Positions 63,201-64,000 of a stretch of 64,000 nucleotides of DNA are shown piece by piece (position 1 is the stretch's first letter; each line of letters begins with the position of its first letter). The translations under genes were made by a program, and so were the position numbers. Origin of the DNA: Clavelina lepadiformis (Eukaryota); assembly GCF_947623445.1 (NCBI RefSeq), contig NC_135244.1, positions 13,078,860 through 13,142,859 on the forward strand, read 5' to 3'. The notes beneath the pieces were generated by a model that saw nothing but the letters and a program-made list of their open reading frames with translations, ran no database searches and was not told the DNA's origin.

Positions 63201-64000
63201 GCTCACCTGATAGTCGGCCCAAGGCAAGAGCCTTGTATAAACTTATAAATTTCGAATGCGTAAAGCAAATGACGTGTTTGATACTAAAACTAATCGGGTT
63301 TTCTCGTCCTAAGAGCTGTGGTTTGTTTTGTAAATGTGTACCTTAATCCCAAACCTCTGTCACACCATATTCGTCTCCTGCTTCGCCTTTAATCCAAAAC
63401 TCAGTATGACACAAAAGTTAAGTTTAATTTGGGTCAAAAGGTCAAGCAATGATTTAAGACTTGTTTATTTATAATTTTGGGTAGAGACGTTTTGCTTCTC
63501 TTTTAAATAATTCTCTTTTTCAACGTAGATTTTATACTTCTCAGAAACTATAATAACATCAGTATTCCTGGCCAGGAAATGTACAGCACGAATTAGCTAT
63601 TAGGTAAAAGCTGATTACGAAAAATTAAGAATATCTTTAACACGTAAGAGACTGACATTACGACAAATCATTGACGTATGCTAAGAGTGTTTACTCGCCC
63701 ATTACTCTTTATTTAATTAAACACTTAACGTCGAACTGGTTAGTTACAGACCAGCCACCTGACTCAAGTGGTACTCACATTGGTGAATAAGTAGAATAGG
63801 GAAAACGCCTTTTTTGATACAATCTATAATAAATATGTAACAAATCTCGTTTATCGATTCAACACCAAGCGCCCTTCACATTAAATTGAGGATTCAATTA
63901 ACGGCTCACTCTAATTGAATTTCTCATCAGGTCCCATGGTATGTACACGTAATGTCCCATCAGTGCCACACGTCCTTTTGTGCCCTTCCTGAATTCGAGC

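Overview
This window is eukaryotic (metazoan) nuclear DNA, AT-rich at roughly 35% GC. It is intron-rich and heavily colonised by transposable elements. I see no bacterial operon structure, CRISPR array or rRNA gene, and no convincing tRNA gene. I translated the ORF track and the flanking sequence by hand and placed splice sites at GT/AG motifs that preserve conserved-domain reading frames. That gives six protein-coding genes. (1) The 3' part of a WWE-domain gene on the minus strand (666-2146, continuing 5' beyond 2146). (2) A small IGFBP-like gene with an IB domain and a thyroglobulin type-1 domain (+, 10342-11651, 6 exons). (3) The 18S rRNA m7G methyltransferase BUD23/WBSCR22 (+, 22153-23289, only 2 exons). 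(4) Major vault protein MVP (+, 17 coding exons from 25260 to 39749; the initiator ATG is not in the first recognisable exon). (5) A Tctex1-domain dynein light-chain-like gene (+, 41995-42852, 3 exons) sitting between the convergent 3' ends of MVP and gene 6. (6) A large latrophilin-like adhesion GPCR on the minus strand (43455-57249) with full RBL lectin - olfactomedin - HRM - GAIN/GPS - 7TM - long Ser-rich tail architecture. Mobile DNA includes two near-identical copies of a hAT-type MITE (TIR CAGTGGTTCC, 8-bp TSDs), a second MITE family (TIR CAGGGATGTCCAACCT) inside an MVP intron, and two non-autonomous hAT elements with perfect 8-bp TSDs and hAT dimerisation-domain remnants. There is also a degenerate mariner (DD34D-type, with LLRHDNARPHT and YSPDLAPSDYH motifs), a tandemly duplicated BEL/Pao-type integrase fragment, a LINE reverse-transcriptase tail fragment and several simple or tandem repeats. 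All exon coordinates are hand-derived and may be off by a few nucleotides.
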